Below are positions 52,624-63,900 of a stretch of 64,000 nt of DNA, piece after piece (within the stretch, counting starts at the first letter, position 1; the number at the start of each line of letters is the position of its first letter). A program made the translations under genes and the position numbers. The notes under the pieces were generated by a model, which did not search any database, was not told where the DNA came from, and saw only the letters and a program-made list of their open reading frames with translations. Origin of the DNA: Verrucomicrobiia bacterium (GTDB lineage: Bacteria > Verrucomicrobiota > Verrucomicrobiia > JADLBR01); the NCBI GenBank assembly GCA_035387945.1, contig DAOOOX010000002.1, positions 139,282-203,281 on the forward strand, read 5' to 3'.

Positions 52624-53007
52624 TCAGCGCCTCCAGGCAACCACCTCGATCTCAACCCGAGCGCCCAAAGGCAACGCCGCCACCCCGACCGTGCTCCGCG
52701 CCGGCCTCCACCCTCCAAAAAACTCCGAGTAGATCGCGTTCATCGTCGCAAAATCACCCAGGTCTTTCAGAAACACCGTCGTCTTCACCACATCGCCAAA
52801 TCCCAGCCCCTCGTCCCCCAGCACGGCGGCCACGTTGTCCAGCACCCGCCGCGTCTGCGCCGCTATATCCCCGTCCACCAGTTTTCCGGTCGACGGATCA
52901 ATCGGTATCTGTCCCGACAGAAAGACGAAATCGCCCGTGACGATCCCCTGCGAATAAGGCCCGACCGCCTTTGGCGCTCCAGCCGATTCAATGGCGCGTG
53001 GTTGCAT
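52624..53007 (-). CDS. ridA: RidA family (YjgF/TdcF) reactive-intermediate deaminase
   Basis: Motifs PKAVGPYSQGIVTGDFVFLSGQIP...VKTTVFL...GVAALPLGARVEIE. Confidence 0.8.
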   Translation of the reverse strand: MQPRAIESAGAPKAVGPYSQGIVTGDFVFLSGQIPIDPSTGKLVDGDIAAQTRRVLDNVAAVLGDEGLGFGDVVKTTVFLKDLGDFATMNAIYSEFFGGWRPARSTVGVAALPLGARVEIEVVAWRR

Positions 53008-53138
53008 GTCCGCTTGTATGGGGCCTCCGCTCCCCCAGTCAATAGCCCGTCACCTGCGCCTCACGAAGGCGCCGCCGCACGCACGGTCTCCACCCGCCCA
53101 TTCGGCCCAGCTTGAGAAAACGAAATCCTTGGGGTTTC

Positions 53139-54869
53139 TCATCCCGGGCCTCGTCCCGTCTCCTTTATAAGCCTCGCAAACATCTCGCCCTTTACGCGAA
53201 ACGGCTCAAACCGCTCGAATTCTCCGGTGGCGCAGGGCATCCGGAACGTCCAGTTTCCGCCCCTGGCCACCCCCGGGACGTTGAACCTCCCCTCCAGTCC
53301 GAACACGTCTGTCAGCATCACCAGCGCCAACCAAGACTTGCACCACATCGTCGCCCGCAAGATCCCCTCGTGCAAGGCGGCGGCGAAACCCCTCGGGGGT
53401 TCCTTGCCCCCTAGCGCCGCGAACTCCATCAGCGCGTCAATCTCCCTCCGGGCACGGCGTCCGGCTTCGGACTCCGGGTCCCTCTTGACCGGGCGCCACC
53501 AATCCGCCCACGCGGCCGCCAATGGCGGATGATCGTGCGTGCCGGGCGTCGCCACCGACAGCGGGGGATAGCTGTCCGGATGATGGTAACCCCCGCCCGG
53601 ATGCCGCCGAAACATCGGGATCGCAAAGCCAGGCATGCCCAACTCCGCTAGCGCCCCGGGCACATAATCCGGCACCACACCCAGATCCTCGGCCACCACC
53701 GCCGCATCACCCGCCGCCTCCGCGAGAACGCGCAAGAGCGCAACGCCCTCGTGCCTGTTCGCTTCCTTGTGCTCCGGCGTGTCGTCGGGCCGCGGCCGAA
53801 AACCCGGCAGCCTCCCCCCCGTCAGGGCAACCGCCCCGGCCTCGCCCAAGCCCAGAAACTCATCGTTGCGCTCCGGCACCCAGGGGAATGCATAGACCCG
53901 GAAGAAACCCAGCACGTGATCGATTCGAAAAATGTGGAACACCCGGCACGTGTTCTTCACCCGAAGCCGCCACCATCCAAAATCTCTCTCCCGCATCGCC
54001 CCCCAATCATATAGCGGAATACCCCAGTTCTGCCCCCATTCTGCGGTGAAGCGATCCGCGGCAAACGTCTTTTCCGGCGGCGCACCCCCGCTCCAATCGA
54101 GATCGAAAACTTCCTTCTCACCCCAGACATCCGCGCTGCACCGACCCACTCCAAACGGGATATCCCCCATCAGCCTGACTCCCGCGCGGTCCGCGTGCGC
54201 CCGGACCGCCTCCCATTGGCCATACGCGAGCCATTGGATGTAGCTCAATCGCTCCCGCCGCCGCGCAAATTCCTCGCGCCGCGCGGGTGCCTGCGACGCC
54301 AACCACGATTCGGCTGCCCCAGGATTCCGGTGCGCTGCCGGCCACCCCGTCCACGCCGGACTGCCCCCGTTCTCATCCACCAACAACCGAAACAGGGTAT
54401 ACTTTGGCAGCCAATCGCCGTGCGCCTCACAGAATCCCCTGAACTCCGCAGCCCGCGCCGTCCCCCTCCCCAACTCCCTCGCGACGAAATTCTCGTACGC
54501 CCGCCAGAGCAACTTGCCCTTCAAGGACCTCACGCCACGATAGTCCACCGGCCCCGAACGCAATGACCGCAAGACCTCCGCACCCGCCTCGGCCTCAAAT
54601 TCGGATTTGCTCAGGTCCGGCACGTGGGCCGGATCCACCGCCAGCGTTGTCGGCTCGATCGCCATCGCGCTTATCGCGTTGTACGGGCTGTTATCGTCGC
54701 TGGTCTCGTTGATCGGCAACAACTGCAGCACCCGCGCACCCCTCCGCGCGCACCAGTCAATCATCTCGAGCACCGCGGCCGTGTCCCCGATCCCAAGATC
54801 CCCGTCCCGCCGCAATGAGAAACTCGGCACCAGGACGCCAGCCACTCTCTCCTCAACATTCACGCCCAT
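53139..54869 (-). CDS. malQ: 4-alpha-glucanotransferase (amylomaltase, GH77)
   Basis: N-terminus matches GH77 (GVLVPSFSLRRDGDLGIGD...LLPINETSDDNSPY) and the catalytic-region motifs are conserved. Confidence 0.85.
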   Translation of the reverse strand: MGVNVEERVAGVLVPSFSLRRDGDLGIGDTAAVLEMIDWCARRGARVLQLLPINETSDDNSPYNAISAMAIEPTTLAVDPAHVPDLSKSEFEAEAGAEVLRSLRSGPVDYRGVRSLKGKLLWRAYENFVARELGRGTARAAEFRGFCEAHGDWLPKYTLFRLLVDENGGSPAWTGWPAAHRNPGAAESWLASQAPARREEFARRRERLSYIQWLAYGQWEAVRAHADRAGVRLMGDIPFGVGRCSADVWGEKEVFDLDWSGGAPPEKTFAADRFTAEWGQNWGIPLYDWGAMRERDFGWWRLRVKNTCRVFHIFRIDHVLGFFRVYAFPWVPERNDEFLGLGEAGAVALTGGRLPGFRPRPDDTPEHKEANRHEGVALLRVLAEAAGDAAVVAEDLGVVPDYVPGALAELGMPGFAIPMFRRHPGGGYHHPDSYPPLSVATPGTHDHPPLAAAWADWWRPVKRDPESEAGRRARREIDALMEFAALGGKEPPRGFAAALHEGILRATMWCKSWLALVMLTDVFGLEGRFNVPGVARGGNWTFRMPCATGEFERFEPFRVKGEMFARLIKETGRGPG

Positions 54870-54996
54870 AAATAATTAGACTGCCCGTCCACCGGGAAAA
54901 CACAATCCGACAAACTCGAGAATCCCCGGCACCATCGCCACGCACCACACCTTCCCATCCCGGCCTTTACGCCCCGACCTAAATGGCCCATAATTC

Positions 54997-56592
54997 TTGC
55001 TTGCGATGAATGCGGCGATCCAACTCTACGACACGACTCTGCGCGATGGCGCCCAGGGCCAAGGCGTCAGCCTGTCCGTGAACGACAAGCTGCTGATCGC
55101 CCGCCGCCTCGACCAGCTTGGCGTCGCCATGATCGAGGGCGGATGGCCCGGCTCCAACCCCAAAGACATCGAGTTCTTTCAGGCAGCCGCCCGGCATCCC
55201 TGGCAGAAGGCTCGCGTCGCAGCCTTCGGCAGCACCAGGCGGGTCGGAGTCCGCGCCGAGGGCGATGAGCAGGTCCGACTCCTCATCGACGCCGCCACCC
55301 CCATCGTCACCATCTTCGGCAAGACATGGACCCTCCACATCGAGGAGGTCCTCCGCACCACACGCGCGGAAAACCTCGCCATGATATCCGACACCGTCCG
55401 CCACCTCGTCGCCAACGGACGCGAGGTCGTCTATGACGCCGAGCACTTTTTCGACGGCTGCAAGGCCGATTCGGCCTACGCTCTGGATTGCGTTGCCGCC
55501 GCATCCGAGGCGGGCGCCGCCACCGTCGTCCTCTGCGACACGAACGGCGGCACCCTCCCGCGCGAAATCGCACTGATGACCGCCCAGGTCCTGTCCCGCG
55601 TCCGCTGCCGCGTCGGCATCCACACCCACGACGACAGCGGCCTCGGGGTCGCCAACGCCCTGGCCGCCATCGAGAGCGGCGCCACCCATGTGCAGGGCAC
55701 CATGAACGGCTTCGGCGAGCGCACCGGAAACTGCAACCTCACCACCCTCATCCCCATCCTCCAGCTCAAGATGGGATTGCCCGTCGTCTCCGATGCGGAA
55801 CTTGCCCACCTCAGGGAGGTCTCGCTGTTCATCGATGATGTGGCCAACCAGAACAGCAACCCCCGCGCTCCCTTCGTCGGCGCCTATGCCTTCGCGCACA
55901 AGGGCGGGATGCACGTCAATGCCGTCAACAAGGTCGCAGCCAGCTACGAGCACATCCCGCCCCAGCTTGTCGGCAATAGCCAGCACATCCTCGTCGGGGA
56001 ACTCTCCGGCAGAACCAACGTCTTCATGAAGGCCCGCGACCTCGGGATATCGCTCGATGAGAAGGCGCCCGAGACCCGCGACATCCTCGAGACCATCAAG
56101 GGCATGGAGGCCGCCGGCTACGAGTTTGAGAGCGCCGACGCCTCCTTCGAATTGCTCGTCCGCAAGGCCCTCCAGCACCACAGGCCTTTCTTCGAGACGC
56201 TCGAATACCGCGTGTCCGTCCGGCATAGCGTGGAACGCCGCTACGAGGTGTCCGAGGCCACCGTCAAACTCCGCGTCCGCGACGCCGAATCGTACACCGT
56301 CGCCGACGGCGATGGCCCCGTCAACGCCCTCGACCAGGCCCTCCGCAAGGCGCTCCGCCAATTCCACCCCTCCCTCGACGAGGTCCGACTGACCGACTAC
56401 AAGGTCCGCATCATCGATTCCACCTCCGGCACGGAGGCCAGGACCCGCGTTCTCATCAGTTCCACCGATGGCCGAAGCACATGGAACACCGTCGGGGTCT
56501 CCGACAACATCCTGGACGCCTCGTGGCTGGCGCTCGCCGAGAGCATCGAGTTCTTCCTGCTCCGACGGGAAATGGGCCCGAAAACCGCTTAG
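54997..56592 (+). CDS. cimA: Citramalate synthase / 2-isopropylmalate-synthase-family enzyme with C-terminal LeuA dimerisation/regulatory domain
   Basis: DRE-TIM barrel (YDTTLRDGAQGQGVSLS...HTHDDSGLGVANALAAIESGATHVQGTMNGFGERTGN). The roughly 530 aa length and C-terminal domain are typical of CimA. Specificity cannot be distinguished from sequence alone. Confidence 0.7.
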   Translation: MLAMNAAIQLYDTTLRDGAQGQGVSLSVNDKLLIARRLDQLGVAMIEGGWPGSNPKDIEFFQAAARHPWQKARVAAFGSTRRVGVRAEGDEQVRLLIDAATPIVTIFGKTWTLHIEEVLRTTRAENLAMISDTVRHLVANGREVVYDAEHFFDGCKADSAYALDCVAAASEAGAATVVLCDTNGGTLPREIALMTAQVLSRVRCRVGIHTHDDSGLGVANALAAIESGATHVQGTMNGFGERTGNCNLTTLIPILQLKMGLPVVSDAELAHLREVSLFIDDVANQNSNPRAPFVGAYAFAHKGGMHVNAVNKVAASYEHIPPQLVGNSQHILVGELSGRTNVFMKARDLGISLDEKAPETRDILETIKGMEAAGYEFESADASFELLVRKALQHHRPFFETLEYRVSVRHSVERRYEVSEATVKLRVRDAESYTVADGDGPVNALDQALRKALRQFHPSLDEVRLTDYKVRIIDSTSGTEARTRVLISSTDGRSTWNTVGVSDNILDASWLALAESIEFFLLRREMGPKTA

Positions 56593-56686
56593 CCGCGCGC
56601 CCGGCCATCAACTTCTGACCCGCGCGCGGCCCGAATCCCCTCCGGCCCCGTTTGACATCCGGCCGGGGTTTGACAAAATTTCGTTA

Positions 56687-57187
56687 ATGGAATCACCCCG
56701 GCATATCCTGGAGATGATCCTCGGTACGCTGGGCTTCGTCTTCGAGGTCCACGAGGAGGAGACGTCCGACGGACTCGTTCTTCAGGTGCGCACCCGCGAT
56801 CCCGGCCGCCTCATCGGCCGCGAGGGCCACACCCTCGAGGACCTCCAGTTCCTCGTCAATCGCCTCTCCCACTCGAGCGAGGAAGTCGCACAACGCGTCG
56901 TCGTTGACGTCGAGGGTTACCGCACCAACCAGCGCCGCGAGCTCGTCTCACGGCTCGGCCGCATCGCCCAGCGCGTCCGCCAGACCGGAGAGCCCATCCG
57001 ACTTGAGCCCATGAACAGCTTTGATCGCCGCATCGTCCACAACGTCTTCCAGGACGACCGCGATGTCGAGGCCGTCAGCCCTCCCGGCGAGTCGCGCCTC
57101 AAGCGAATGACTGTGCAGTTGCGCAATCGCCCACGGGCCGAGGGTGCCAACGTCAGCGCCACTCGTGTTTCGGATACCGGCGCCTGA
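56687..57187 (+). CDS. KH/R3H-domain RNA-binding protein (Jag/KhpB-like)
   Basis: A KH-like segment (LVLQVRTRDPGRLIGREGHTLEDLQFLVN) is followed by an R3H segment (IRLEPMNSFDRRIVHNVF). ATG 56687 verified; the track ORF upstream extension is rejected. Confidence 0.6.
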   Translation: MESPRHILEMILGTLGFVFEVHEEETSDGLVLQVRTRDPGRLIGREGHTLEDLQFLVNRLSHSSEEVAQRVVVDVEGYRTNQRRELVSRLGRIAQRVRQTGEPIRLEPMNSFDRRIVHNVFQDDRDVEAVSPPGESRLKRMTVQLRNRPRAEGANVSATRVSDTGA

Positions 57188-59705
57188 GCTCCTGGCGGAT
57201 CTTCGGGTACGTGTCCCGCCAGAATCCTGCCAGATCCTTCGTCGTCTGGACGGGCCTGGAATTCGGCGCGAGGATCTCGACCACGGGCACCGCTCGACCC
57301 CCGCAAAGCGATGGCACTTCGTTCAACCCAAAAAGATCCTGTATGCGCGCCGACAAGACCGGATCCCCGCCCGGCCCGTAGCGGATGCGCCCGCGCCGCC
57401 CGGAGGGCAGTTCCACCCTGTCCGGGGACAACCTTTCGAGCGCCGCAAGCTGCGCGCCGTTCAGCCAGCCTCGGACCACCGGCCAGACGGGACGGTCCCG
57501 CACCTCCTTCTGCGACGAGGCGCCATAACAGATCTGCTCGATCAGCGCCCTTTTCTCCGTGTCGCCTATCGGGGCAATTCCCAGTTCCGGCATGCGGCTC
57601 GCCAGGAAGTTGACTCTCCCTATCCACTGGTCGACGGTCTCGTCCCACTCCCTCGGGGCACATCGCCCCGCGATGACTTCATCCGCCAAGAGCCGCGCTG
57701 CCTCGCCCTCGGGGGCCGGACACTCCGGCCCGCGCCAGATGACCAGATCCCGGAACAGCCTCTCTTGGCGCGCCACGACACGCCGCTGCATGGGATCGAG
57801 CGAAACGTCCGCCCGCACCGAAAAGTCCCCCGGAAAAAGCTCGCGCAACGAATCTTCCGATACCGCCGTGGCCAGCCCGAGGCGAACATCGATGCCCCCG
57901 CCCCCGGACTGGATCTCGCGGATCTCCGCGGCCACAAACATCCGGCTGCGCCTCACCACGCTTTCCCTGTCGAGCGTCCCGCGACGACCGTGCACCACGT
58001 CGCATCGCAGAGTCCCCTCATCCCGACGCACCGCCAGATGATCAGAGAACCCCGCCAATAGGCACATCTCCAGGGCCCCTGGCGACGGTTCGCCCACGTC
58101 CTCCGCCAAACCCTCGCGCCGCGCGATCGCCATGAACTGGTCAAACGCCGCGCCCACTTCCCGCGCCGCTCCAGCATGAATCCCCAACCTGCCACACTCC
58201 TCCACCGAATAACCCGCCGCCCGGGCGTGTTCCCAGGCCCGGATCAACACCAGCAAGTCTGATGCCTCCTCCTCGCCGACGGTCTCCCATCTTCGCGCTT
58301 CGGCCTCCGCTCCCGCCCTGCGGATGAGGATCGGCCGGCCCGAAGTCAGCGCGGCGACGAGCGCCGCCATCCGGAGGCAGCCGTGGGTCGCCCCGGCCAA
58401 TAGCATCCTCGCGTGCCGGGGATGCACGGGGAAAGCGTCCATCTGCCGCCCGATCTCCGTGATGCCCCCTGTTTCCCTGTCCAGGGCTCCCAGGTCGCGA
58501 AGCAGATTCTCCGCGCGCGCCAATGATGATTCCGGCGGCGGCTCGAACCACCGGAATCGCCCAGGCCCCTGCAATCCCGCCACGCTCAACGCCAGCACGG
58601 TCTCCGCAAGATCCAGTCGGCACACCTCGGGCATGTCGAAAGCGGGCCGCTGGCGGTGGTCCGCTTCCGTCCAAAGTCGAATGCACCTCCCCGGCCCCGT
58701 GCGCCCCGCCCGACCGGCGCGCTGGTCGGCCGCCGCACGGCTGATCTTCTCCACCAGCAGCGTGTCGATCCCCCGATGCGGATCATACCGGGGCACCCGG
58801 GCCAAACCGCTGTCCACAACAAGATCGACCCCATCGATCGTCAGCGATGTCTCGGCAACGTTCGTCGAAACGATGATCCGGCCTCCAGACGCCGGCGCGA
58901 CCGCCGCCTGCTGTCGAGCCAAGGGCAGGTCGCCGTGAAGCGGCAGCAATTCGAACCGCCTGCCAAGACCTTCCGCCTCCAGCGCGCGCAGCGTCCGCCC
59001 GATCTCCCAAGCCCCGGGCATGAAAACGAGCGCACCGCCAGACCAGCCCTCCCGCGCCAGTTTCCCCACCTCGCGCGCCGCCGCGTCCCAGGGCGCATCG
59101 CCCACCGGCCTCGTCAGATACCCGATGTCCACCGGATGGGTCCTCCCCTCCGCCGCTATGACCTCGCAAGGCGACATGAATGACGCCAGTGGCGCGGCAT
59201 CCAGCGTGGCGGACATGACGACCAGTTTCAGGTCCGGGCGCAACGTCTCCTGAAGCTCAAGCATCCGGCCTAACGTCACATCGGTGTGTATGTGGCGCTC
59301 GTGGAATTCGTCGAGCACCACGGCGCCCACCCCCTCCAAAGCAGGATCCCTCGCAATGCGCCGGATCAGTATCCCCTCGGTCACGAATTGGATCCGCGTC
59401 GCCACCGACGAGACGTCCTCAAACCGGATCTGATAACCCACCTCGTCCCCAGGCCGCGAACCTCGCTCCGATGCCACCCGCAGCGCCAGCAGACGCGCAG
59501 CCAGCCGCCGGGGTTGCAGGATGATCACCCTCCCCCGCACAACCCCGGAATCCACCAGTATTTGCGGCAGGCGCGTCGACTTGCCCGATCCCGTCGGCGC
59601 CGTCAGCACCAACCGCTCGCATCCCGACAACGCCCCCGCGATCTTCACCCCCAGGGCACTGACCGGAAGCTCGCCCATATCAGCCGGTTGCCTCGTCGCG
59701 CTCAA
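57153..59705 (-). CDS. hrpB: ATP-dependent RNA helicase HrpB (DEAH-box)
   Basis: Walker A (TAPTGSGKST), DEFH box (VVLDEFHERH), a helicase C domain and an HrpB C-terminal domain. Confidence 0.85.
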   Translation of the reverse strand: MSATRQPADMGELPVSALGVKIAGALSGCERLVLTAPTGSGKSTRLPQILVDSGVVRGRVIILQPRRLAARLLALRVASERGSRPGDEVGYQIRFEDVSSVATRIQFVTEGILIRRIARDPALEGVGAVVLDEFHERHIHTDVTLGRMLELQETLRPDLKLVVMSATLDAAPLASFMSPCEVIAAEGRTHPVDIGYLTRPVGDAPWDAAAREVGKLAREGWSGGALVFMPGAWEIGRTLRALEAEGLGRRFELLPLHGDLPLARQQAAVAPASGGRIIVSTNVAETSLTIDGVDLVVDSGLARVPRYDPHRGIDTLLVEKISRAAADQRAGRAGRTGPGRCIRLWTEADHRQRPAFDMPEVCRLDLAETVLALSVAGLQGPGRFRWFEPPPESSLARAENLLRDLGALDRETGGITEIGRQMDAFPVHPRHARMLLAGATHGCLRMAALVAALTSGRPILIRRAGAEAEARRWETVGEEEASDLLVLIRAWEHARAAGYSVEECGRLGIHAGAAREVGAAFDQFMAIARREGLAEDVGEPSPGALEMCLLAGFSDHLAVRRDEGTLRCDVVHGRRGTLDRESVVRRSRMFVAAEIREIQSGGGGIDVRLGLATAVSEDSLRELFPGDFSVRADVSLDPMQRRVVARQERLFRDLVIWRGPECPAPEGEAARLLADEVIAGRCAPREWDETVDQWIGRVNFLASRMPELGIAPIGDTEKRALIEQICYGASSQKEVRDRPVWPVVRGWLNGAQLAALERLSPDRVELPSGRRGRIRYGPGGDPVLSARIQDLFGLNEVPSLCGGRAVPVVEILAPNSRPVQTTKDLAGFWRDTYPKIRQELRRRYPKHEWR

Positions 59706-59811
59706 ACCACGACCCCGGCTTGTGAAGAAGGGAATGAGTCAGCCCCGGCACTGGCGCACGGCGATGTTCCCGGGAACGCCCTCACGCCCCACGCAGCCAT
59801 TGCGCCGGCCG

Positions 59812-60804
59812 TCATCCGTCCGACAGGCAGCGATCCTTCCTGTCGATCGCCCGCCTCAGCTTCCGCAGCCCGATGTTCTGCAACTGCCGGATCCGTTCCC
59901 GGGTCACCTTGAATCGCTCGCCCACTTCCTCCAGGGTCATGGCATCGCCACCATCCAGGCCATAACGCATCTTCAGGATAATCCTCTCGCGCTCATCGAG
60001 CACCCCCAGCAGCCGCAGCATCTCGTTGGTGATGTCATTCGTCTGCACCCACTCCGACGGCGTGAATGCCGCCTCGTCACCCACGAGTTCGCCCAGCTCC
60101 GAGCCATCGGTGTCCCCGATGGTCGAATTCAGCGATGCCGGCCGCACCGAGGCGCTTCTGAGTTGAGAGACCTTCGTCGTCGAGATGCCCAGTTCCTCCG
60201 CCAATTCCTCATCGGTCGGATCACGCCCAAATTCTTCACTGAGCTGCGATGCGATTCGGCGCATGCGCGAGATCTTGTCGGCCATGTGCACCGGCAGTCG
60301 GATCGTCTTGCCCTGATTCGCCAGCGCCCTCTTCACCGCCTGCTTGATCCACCAGGCCGCATAGGTGCTCAACTTCGCCCCTTTTCGCGGCTCGAACCTC
60401 TCCACCGCCTTCATCAGGCCGATGTTGCCCTCCGATATCAGATCCAGCAGGGGCAGCCCGTAATTTGCGTAGTCTTGGGCGATCTTCACCACCAGGCGAA
60501 GATTCGCTTTGATCATCCGTTGGCGCGCATCGTTCCCGCGCTCCACGTCATCCGTCAGCGCCTTGACGCGCACGGCCCCGGCGCGCCCCTTGGCGGCCTT
60601 GCCCCCTCCACCGCGAAGCCGGATCTTCTTCAGCTCGATCTCCGCCCGGATCCCTCGCTGGATTTGGTTGGCCAGCCGGACTTCCTCGCTCGGGCTGATG
60701 AGCGATACTTCCCCAATCTCGCGAAGATAGATCTTAATGGGACTCTCGGTTTCCCGTGAGCCCGAATCACCCGTCGCCATGCGGACCCTCCTCCGGCCGG
60801 ACAC
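59812..60804 (-). CDS. RNA polymerase sigma-70-family factor (RpoD/SigA-like, compact)
   Basis: Regions 1.2 to 4 are recognisable: region 2 (LRLVVKIAQDY...DLISEGNIGLMKAVERFEPRKGAKLSTYAAWWIKQA) and the region 4 HTH (LEEVGERFKVTRERIRQLQNIGLRKLR). Confidence 0.85.
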   Translation of the reverse strand: MSGRRRVRMATGDSGSRETESPIKIYLREIGEVSLISPSEEVRLANQIQRGIRAEIELKKIRLRGGGGKAAKGRAGAVRVKALTDDVERGNDARQRMIKANLRLVVKIAQDYANYGLPLLDLISEGNIGLMKAVERFEPRKGAKLSTYAAWWIKQAVKRALANQGKTIRLPVHMADKISRMRRIASQLSEEFGRDPTDEELAEELGISTTKVSQLRSASVRPASLNSTIGDTDGSELGELVGDEAAFTPSEWVQTNDITNEMLRLLGVLDERERIILKMRYGLDGGDAMTLEEVGERFKVTRERIRQLQNIGLRKLRRAIDRKDRCLSDG

Positions 60805-60924
60805 CCCCGCGCCACTTGCGCGCTAAGCCTTCTTTCCGAGTGCCCTCTCTCCTCACCACACTGGCGAATTCTTGGAGCAGTTTCCCCAGTTAGCAAATGA
60901 TTTCTGCGGAAAGAACGCCGCCGA

Positions 60925-63900
60925 TCAGGCGCCGGTCTCCCCCTGCGCCGACCCCGCCTCGGTTCCATCGGTCGCGGTGTCCACCACGCCCTCGCCCTCG
61001 TCGCCCCGCGTACGGAACCGCACGGACACCACCTTGGATACGCCACTCTCCTCCATCGTGACACCGTACAGCGCATCCGCCATGCCAATGGTCCGCTTGT
61101 TGTGCGTGATCAGCAGGAATTGCGACTGCAGCACGAATCTCTTGAGCATGTCGATGAACCGATTGATGTTGGACTCGTCCAGCGGCGCGTCCATCTCATC
61201 GAGGATGCAAAAGGGACTCGGGCGAACCATGTAGATGGCGAACAGCAGCGCGACCGCCGTCATCGTCCGCTCGCCACCCGAGAGCAGCGTGATGTGCGCC
61301 AACTGCTTGCCGGGCGGTTTTGCCGAAATGTCGATGCCCGACTCCAGTGGATCTGCCTCGTCCATCAGAGACAGGGTCGCCTTGCCCCCGCCGAAAAGTT
61401 CCGAGAACGTTTGCTGGAAATTCACCGCCACCTTCTCGAAGGTCTCCGCGAAGAGTTGCCGCGACGTCCGGTTGATGCGCGCGATCGCCTGCATTAGCTG
61501 TTCTTTGGAGTTGAGAAGATCCCGCTGCTGTTCCTCCAGAAAGCGGTGCCGTGCCTCGAGTTCGTCGTACTCCGTGATCGCCTCGAGATTCACCGGACCC
61601 ATGGAATCCAGCCGTTCGCGCAACTGCCCGGCCTCGACCTCGAGCTGCGCCCAGTCTGGCTCGGGAGCCGCCTCCTCCGCGACGCCTCCCTCGGCCGCCT
61701 CAAGCTCGGGTGCCGCGGGCGCCTCGCCTTTCCCGGGCTCCGGTGGCTCTGCCCCCGCAACGGCAGGCGCGGGCGCCCCCGCCGCGTACTCCGCAAGCTC
61801 CACCCGGTAAGCCCTGTGGATTCGCAGGACCAGCGCCTCAAGATCCATCCGTATCCGCGCCAGCTCCACGTCGATCCGGCCCCGCTCTTCCTGCTTCTCG
61901 TGCTGCTGGCGCCGTCGCCCCTTCAGATCCTCTTCCCTCGACCTGATGGCCTCTAGCGCGGCCGTTCGCTGCGCCTGTAGCGCCTTGAGGTATTCCTCCA
62001 GCTGCGCGATCTGCCCCCGGCCCTCCTCCACCTGCTTGGCCAGCCTCTCGTTCTCCTCCAGGAACTGGGCGCGCCGAGCGGCGTTCGCCTCAATGACCGC
62101 CCGCCGAAGCCTGCAGGTCTCCTCCAGATCGGCCACGAGCGCCGCGAGCGGGGCCCTCCGGGCCCTGAGCCCCACCTCTTTCTCTTCCAGCGCCGCGCCG
62201 CTCACCCGCAGTTCGAGCACGCGCGCGTTCAGCTCCGACTCGCGCCCCAGCAGCGCGGGTAATTCGGCCTCTGCGCCCTTGAGCTCCAATCTGAACGTCT
62301 CCACCACTTGGCTGAACTCATCGCGCCGCCGCATCTGCGCGCGCTCGTGCTCGTCCATCTCATCGCCACTGGTGCCGATGTGGCGGATCTCCGCCTCAAT
62401 GCCAGCGATCCGCTGCTGGAGATCCTCCCGCCGCTTCTCCCAGACATGCCATTCGCGCTCCGCGATCCGCATCGCCTCGTCCGTGGCCATCAGGTCCGCA
62501 GCAACCTGTTCCACCCTCTTGTCGGCCTCGTCCCGCTGGATGCGCACGGCTTCTTCCTGCGAGATCGCCTCGTCCAACTCCTCGCTCGCCTTGGCGAGTT
62601 TCGCCTCCAGATCGGACATCTCGCGCCGCCGGGTCAGCAATCCACCGCGCGCGACGTCTTCCCCCACTCCCGAGACGATGATCCCCTCCGGCGTGATGAG
62701 ATGCCCGTCTTTGGTTGCAATGATCGCGTGCGGCAACTCGGCCTTAAGCTTCAGCGCCCGCTCGATATCCTCCGCCACATAAGCGTGGCCCAGGAGCACC
62801 TCCAGTAGCCGGCGCGCGGCCCCTCCCGCGGTCACGAGCTTTAGGGCGGACTCCTCCCTCGCCGGCGCCTTCCACCGCACCCGGGGGAAGATCGATGGCG
62901 CCAAGATGAGCCGACCGCTCCCCGATGATTTGAGGAAGGCCAGGATCTTCCGCACCGCCCTCGTGTCCTCGAGAAGGAGCGCCCCCACCCGATCACCCAA
63001 CAAGACCCCTATCGCAGCCTCTGCCCCCGGTTCGATCTTGATCGCGTCCGCCAGCGCCTCCCGCACTTCGACGCCCTCGAGCGCCCCCTTCCCCGATGCC
63101 GCAATGACCGCCTGCGCCGCCGACCCGATGCCCTCGTGCGACGCCGCCATCCGCTTCAGCAAATCCAGCTGGCTCTTGATGCCCGCCAGACGCTGTTCGA
63201 CCTCAGCGCGCCTCCGCGACCGGACCTCCAGGCTTTCGGCCACGTCCCGAAGTCGGACCTTCCGCGCCGCAACTTCGTCCCCCGCCTCGGTTCGGCGCAC
63301 GCGCGCCGCAGCGAGCTCCGCCTCCACCCCGGCATTGGTCTCCCGCTCCTGCTCCAGCTGGGCCTTCGCCCGCTCCAGTTCCTTGTTGGCCGCCTCGACG
63401 CGCAAGACGTGCGTCCGCTTCTGCACGTCCCAGCCCCCTATCTGCGCAACAAGGGACTGCAGCTCTTGCTCGGCAGCCGTGAGCCGCTCGCGCCGCCCCC
63501 CGATCTCCGATTGCCGCTTGCCCGTCATCTCCGTGCAGTCCCCCAGCTGCCGCACCGCCTGCGCCAGATGATCCCGGCATGCCCGCAACTCGGCGGCCAC
63601 GGCGTCGACATCCCCGTCGATCGCCCCGAGATCCTTTTTCTGGATCGCCGCCCGTTCCTCCGCCGACGCGATGTCCGCGGTCGCCGACGCGTCAGACTTG
63701 TCGAGGTCGGCCAGGCGCTCGACGTTCAGCGAGCGCTGGCCCTCGGCGCGCTCCACCGCGGCCGTCGCGTTGGCCCGCTCCTGCCTCGAATTCTCGAGGG
63801 CCGTTTCGATCTCCGCGCCGTGCGCCCGCCACTGCTCCAGCTCCACCTCCTCGGTGGAAACCTTCTCGCCCATCTCGGCGATGGCCCGATCCAGTTCGGC

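Noticed and set aside
56468-56686. An N-terminal extension of the Jag/KhpB-like ORF (track start at 56468).
   Set aside because: The extension overlaps the 3' end of cimA and is low-complexity. The internal ATG at 56687 is preceded by promoter-like TTGACA hexamers, and the conserved KH/R3H part starts there.
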